64,000 bases of DNA. Origin: an uncultured virus (IMG/VR IMGVR_UViG_3300047157_000165). Lineage: Duplodnaviria; Heunggongvirae; Uroviricota; Caudoviricetes. The stretch is taken from the IMG/VR virus record IMGVR_UViG_3300047157_000165. The stretch is one strand, 5' to 3'. The translations under genes were made by a program, and so were the position numbers. Positions 60,408 through 64,000 of the stretch are shown here, in pieces. Under the pieces are notes generated by a model that saw only the letters and a list, made by a program, of their open reading frames with translations, made no database searches and had not been told where the DNA came from. How positions within the stretch are numbered: position 1 is the first letter of the stretch; every line of letters starts with the position of its first letter.

Positions 60408-61931
60408 CTAATTATTACTATTAAATTCTTGACTTGCGTTTTGGTTTCTAATATTACTTATGTCGTTGATTTTTTGGAACAACTTTTCTTTTATTGTATC
60501 TAGTTCTTTTCCTGTATAATTTTTACCTTCTAAACTAAAAGTTCCATCAATATTCATTTTAAGTTTATTTAATTTATCTAAAGTAGCTTTATGATTATTT
60601 AATTGCTTATCTAATTCAGCCACTGGTATTTTACTTAAAACTTCTTTTTCTGCATCTTCTTTTACTTTTTCTTCTTTCAATAAATTAACATATAAATTAC
60701 TTATTTTTCTGTTTATATAACTGTCGTTTTTACCAGTGTATAAACCTTGTTTTTGAATTATTCTCTTAACAAGATTAATTTTTCCAGCAGCAGTATTCAT
60801 ATCATAAACAGCATCTTCAAAATCATCACCAACACTAAAACCATCTGTTATAGTTAATATACCATTTTCAATTTTATATTCTTGATCTTCAATTATTTTT
60901 AAATATTCAGAAAGTTGACTACTTGCTGGACCATCTACAATATCAAAAACATTATTTAAAGACTCATCAACATCCATTCTTTCTAACTCAGCTCTTGAAG
61001 GATCATCAACTTCTTCTTCTTTTTCTTTTTCATAAATAAATTTATTTCTAACAGCTGATTGATTACGTATAGTATTTTCTATATATTCTTTTATAGCAAG
61101 ATCTTGTATTTCTAAAAAATCAAACTGTTCATCTTTACTAATATCACTCGGTGAGTCGTTATAGTTAAATTCTTCTCCAGTTTTATCTTTTAACATTTTT
61201 TTAAAAATAGCTGCTCTAGATTGATAATCCATATTACCAAAAATTTTATTTGCAGCGCTTTCAAATCCTTTTTCCATTTCGCCTTCTATTTGACTATAAT
61301 CTTCTGCTCTTTGGTATGCATAATCAACAATTCTAACAGCATCATTTATACTTTTATCATAATCACCAAATATTTCAGTGTTTTTTCTTATAGTAGGCAT
61401 TTTGTCAGGCACATCATTTGGAGTTAAAAAATGATCTTTTTCTCCATCATTAAATTTAAATGCTAAACCATTATCTTTAGTAACAACTTCAAAACCATTT
61501 TGTTTATTTTCTAAAAAAGATCTAAAAACAGGTGTTTTATTAAATAAGTTTAAATCGACATCGGTTGGATCTAATGCAACTGCTTTGTTCATGTTATCAA
61601 GAGGTGCCATTATATTAACACCTATGTCAGATAAAATTTTAGCTTGATCTTGCACACTTGAACTAGCAAAAACACCAGAGTCTACATATTTTTCATTTAT
61701 AATGTTTTTTACTTGAGAAGCAACTTGAGGATTATAATTTTTAGCTATATCAGGATAATTTAATTCGCTTTCAAATTTAGCTAATCTTATATCTAAATCT
61801 CTTTCTTTTCGTTCTTCTTTTTCAGCTTGTTGTTGGAAATACGAACTATACTTTTCAACACCACCTAAAAAAGCTTTTAAAAAAGCATTAGGATCTCCTA
61901 TGTTTAAATTTCCAGGATTTCTATAACTCAT
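60408..61931 (-). CDS. Putative internal virion protein
   Basis: 507-aa helical ORF in cargo cluster. Confidence 0.55.
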   Translation of the reverse strand: MSYRNPGNLNIGDPNAFLKAFLGGVEKYSSYFQQQAEKEERKERDLDIRLAKFESELNYPDIAKNYNPQVASQVKNIINEKYVDSGVFASSSVQDQAKILSDIGVNIMAPLDNMNKAVALDPTDVDLNLFNKTPVFRSFLENKQNGFEVVTKDNGLAFKFNDGEKDHFLTPNDVPDKMPTIRKNTEIFGDYDKSINDAVRIVDYAYQRAEDYSQIEGEMEKGFESAANKIFGNMDYQSRAAIFKKMLKDKTGEEFNYNDSPSDISKDEQFDFLEIQDLAIKEYIENTIRNQSAVRNKFIYEKEKEEEVDDPSRAELERMDVDESLNNVFDIVDGPASSQLSEYLKIIEDQEYKIENGILTITDGFSVGDDFEDAVYDMNTAAGKINLVKRIIQKQGLYTGKNDSYINRKISNLYVNLLKEEKVKEDAEKEVLSKIPVAELDKQLNNHKATLDKLNKLKMNIDGTFSLEGKNYTGKELDTIKEKLFQKINDISNIRNQNASQEFNSNN

Positions 61932-61959
61932 TTTTTATTTTTTATTATTATTATATTTT

Positions 61960-62649
61960 TTATTTAAACAAACCAGGATTTTTCTTTCTAAACTGGTTTT
62001 GATATATACCCATACCCATACCTGCTATATCACTAAATGCGCTACCTAATGCACTTGATTGTGCTGACCTATATTGATTGGCCATGTTAGCATATCTATC
62101 ACCCATGCCTTGTAGTCTATCTAAGTTAGCAACTTGTCTTTGTTCTCTTACTCCAAACATAAACTGTTGTCCTGCTACATCCGCTGATTGTAATCTCATT
62201 GCTTCTTTCATTCTCATTTGTTGAGCAGCTTGTTCACCCCTTGCTCTTTGCATACTAATAGCTGTTTCTTGTTGTTGTATGTTTCCAGATATTTGTAATT
62301 TAGATCTATTAGCTTGTTGTGCTAATGCAGTTGCCATACCTGCACCTCCTCCTGATTCTCTTAAACCTTCTAGTGTAGTAGCTAGTGACATATCAGTTTC
62401 TTCAGCAGCTAATTCAGCAGATCTAGTTGCAACCTGCATATCACGAGCTGGATTTGTAATCATAGAACTTAAATCAGTTATACCTTTATAAGGATTAATA
62501 ATTTCTTGTCTATCTTCTTCAGCTTTTCTTAATTCGCCTCTATAATAATTAGCTTGACTTTCAGCTCTTCTAGCTCGTCTTCCAGAGCCAAAACTACTAA
62601 AAATACTACCTAATGCTCCTACGCCCGCCATTGCTATACCTATACCCAT
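61960..62649 (-). CDS. Putative ejection/pilot protein
   Basis: MGIGIAMAGVGALGSIFS N-terminus; A/Q-rich helices. Confidence 0.6.
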   Translation of the reverse strand: MGIGIAMAGVGALGSIFSSFGSGRRARRAESQANYYRGELRKAEEDRQEIINPYKGITDLSSMITNPARDMQVATRSAELAAEETDMSLATTLEGLRESGGGAGMATALAQQANRSKLQISGNIQQQETAISMQRARGEQAAQQMRMKEAMRLQSADVAGQQFMFGVREQRQVANLDRLQGMGDRYANMANQYRSAQSSALGSAFSDIAGMGMGIYQNQFRKKNPGLFK

Positions 62650-62662
62650 AATTTTTATTTTT

Positions 62663-63958
62663 TTATATTAATACATTATTAAATACCGTATTAGTACTAA
62701 ACAACTCCTGTTTTTTATTATTAGAAGTTGTAGAAAAAGTAGCTTTTACGAAATTACCTTTTATACCCGTTACATCTAAGTTATTGTCTACATCATATAT
62801 TTCTCCATACGCTATTGGTGAACTGTTTTGCAATTCAGCATAGTACCTATTATTTCTTTTGGTGAATACAGATGCACCTATATAACCTATTACAGTAGAA
62901 GTTTCAGAATTAGCAATGTTGTTTGCTTTATCTAAAAATTCTTCTGTTCCTGACAATACTCTATCATCTGTATTAGTTTTAATATCATTTAATTCCCATA
63001 AAGAAGTTCCTTCATAAGATATACTATAAAATACATTTTCTTGTACAGCGTTAGAATTTACAACAAAAGTTACAGTTGAAGGTACTACACTAGCACCGTA
63101 GTATTTACCATAATCAACAGTTGATCTATCATAATGATTCCATAAGTCACTATTGTTAAATGTATAAAATTTATTACTTAAACTAAAGCCTTGAGAAGGT
63201 TTATAATCATGTCTACTTGTCCAACCGTTTATAGCATCACTAAAACTTATCGTTTCATAACTTCCATTATCCTTTTGCAATGAAATTATAAAACTTTTGT
63301 GGTAGTTATCAAACATACCTACTACTTTAGAACTATTTTTTAAATTATCTCTAAAAAAACTTCTCATACCATACTCTGATATTGGAGTTAATCCATCTCC
63401 ACCACCTTGACCAGATGATAATCTTAATATTAATCCTCTGTTTTTATCTGCAAAATATTTTCTATTTCCAAATGACGCAAAGCTTTCTGGATTTTTAGAT
63501 ATACCATACTTTCCTACAAAAGGTATTATTTGACCTATAACAAGTTTAGAAGAAGTAACTGTTCCACCACCTTCAGCTGAAAATATAGCATCTTTGTTTA
63601 TTAAAGCCCTACTAACTTTATCTTCTTGTAATATTATTAAATTTGTTTCTTCTGCAAAAAGTTTTTGTATACTTCCGTTTGCAGAATTTACTGACTTTGT
63701 TATTGCTTCTGCTGGTGAAAATTGATTTGTATTATTTATACCTGTTCTAGAGTTAAAAACACCAGAATATATTAAAGCATTTTTTCTTCTTTCCTCAGTA
63801 AAATCTTCATCTATAATATACGCTCTAACACCTATATCTACTTGAACAGCGTTAAAATCTCCTTTTATTCTACTTTCTTCAATATGCCAATTATCATTAG
63901 CATCACTACTTTTTATGTAAAAGGAATTAAAAAAACTTACATCTATTGTTGTTGCCAT
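62663..63958 (-). CDS. Tail nozzle/stabilisation protein
   Basis: GSIQKLF...LIILQEDKVS...YGISKNPESFA...YFAD beta-propeller-like pattern. Confidence 0.65.
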   Translation of the reverse strand: MATTIDVSFFNSFYIKSSDANDNWHIEESRIKGDFNAVQVDIGVRAYIIDEDFTEERRKNALIYSGVFNSRTGINNTNQFSPAEAITKSVNSANGSIQKLFAEETNLIILQEDKVSRALINKDAIFSAEGGGTVTSSKLVIGQIIPFVGKYGISKNPESFASFGNRKYFADKNRGLILRLSSGQGGGDGLTPISEYGMRSFFRDNLKNSSKVVGMFDNYHKSFIISLQKDNGSYETISFSDAINGWTSRHDYKPSQGFSLSNKFYTFNNSDLWNHYDRSTVDYGKYYGASVVPSTVTFVVNSNAVQENVFYSISYEGTSLWELNDIKTNTDDRVLSGTEEFLDKANNIANSETSTVIGYIGASVFTKRNNRYYAELQNSSPIAYGEIYDVDNNLDVTGIKGNFVKATFSTTSNNKKQELFSTNTVFNNVLI

Positions 63959-64000
63959 ATTAAGAATATTGCGTTGTTGTTATATTATTTCTTTTTATAA

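Overview
AT-rich window from a lytic tailed dsDNA phage, most likely a marine Flavobacteriia (Bacteroidota) podovirus. Gene content resembles Cellulophaga phi38:1-like and crAss-related phages; this is inferred, not searched. There are three blocks. (1) 1-31025, minus strand: capsid, scaffold, portal, terminase, GroEL/GroES and several tail fibres. (2) 31200-48481, plus strand: small early genes behind nine copies of a CAGAC-N18-TATAAT promoter-like motif, a tRNA-fMet nested in a larger predicted structured RNA, a sigma factor, recombination genes, primase-helicase, a thymidylate-synthase-family enzyme with the dCMP-type Asp, NTP pyrophosphatases and class Ia RNR. No DNA polymerase is recognisable. 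(3) 48562-64000, minus strand: an M15 endolysin, a six-gene exported/outer-membrane module (CsgG-like, cohesin/dockerin-like, beta-barrel), large virion cargo proteins and a tail protein. Homopolymer frameshifts in capsid and portal look like sequencing errors. Best leads: the tRNA-embedding ncRNA, the surface module inside the lysis cassette, an overprinted ORF in terL, a probable cytosine-modification pathway, and a recurrent GTGTATAGCA motif. All calls come from reading motifs by eye.
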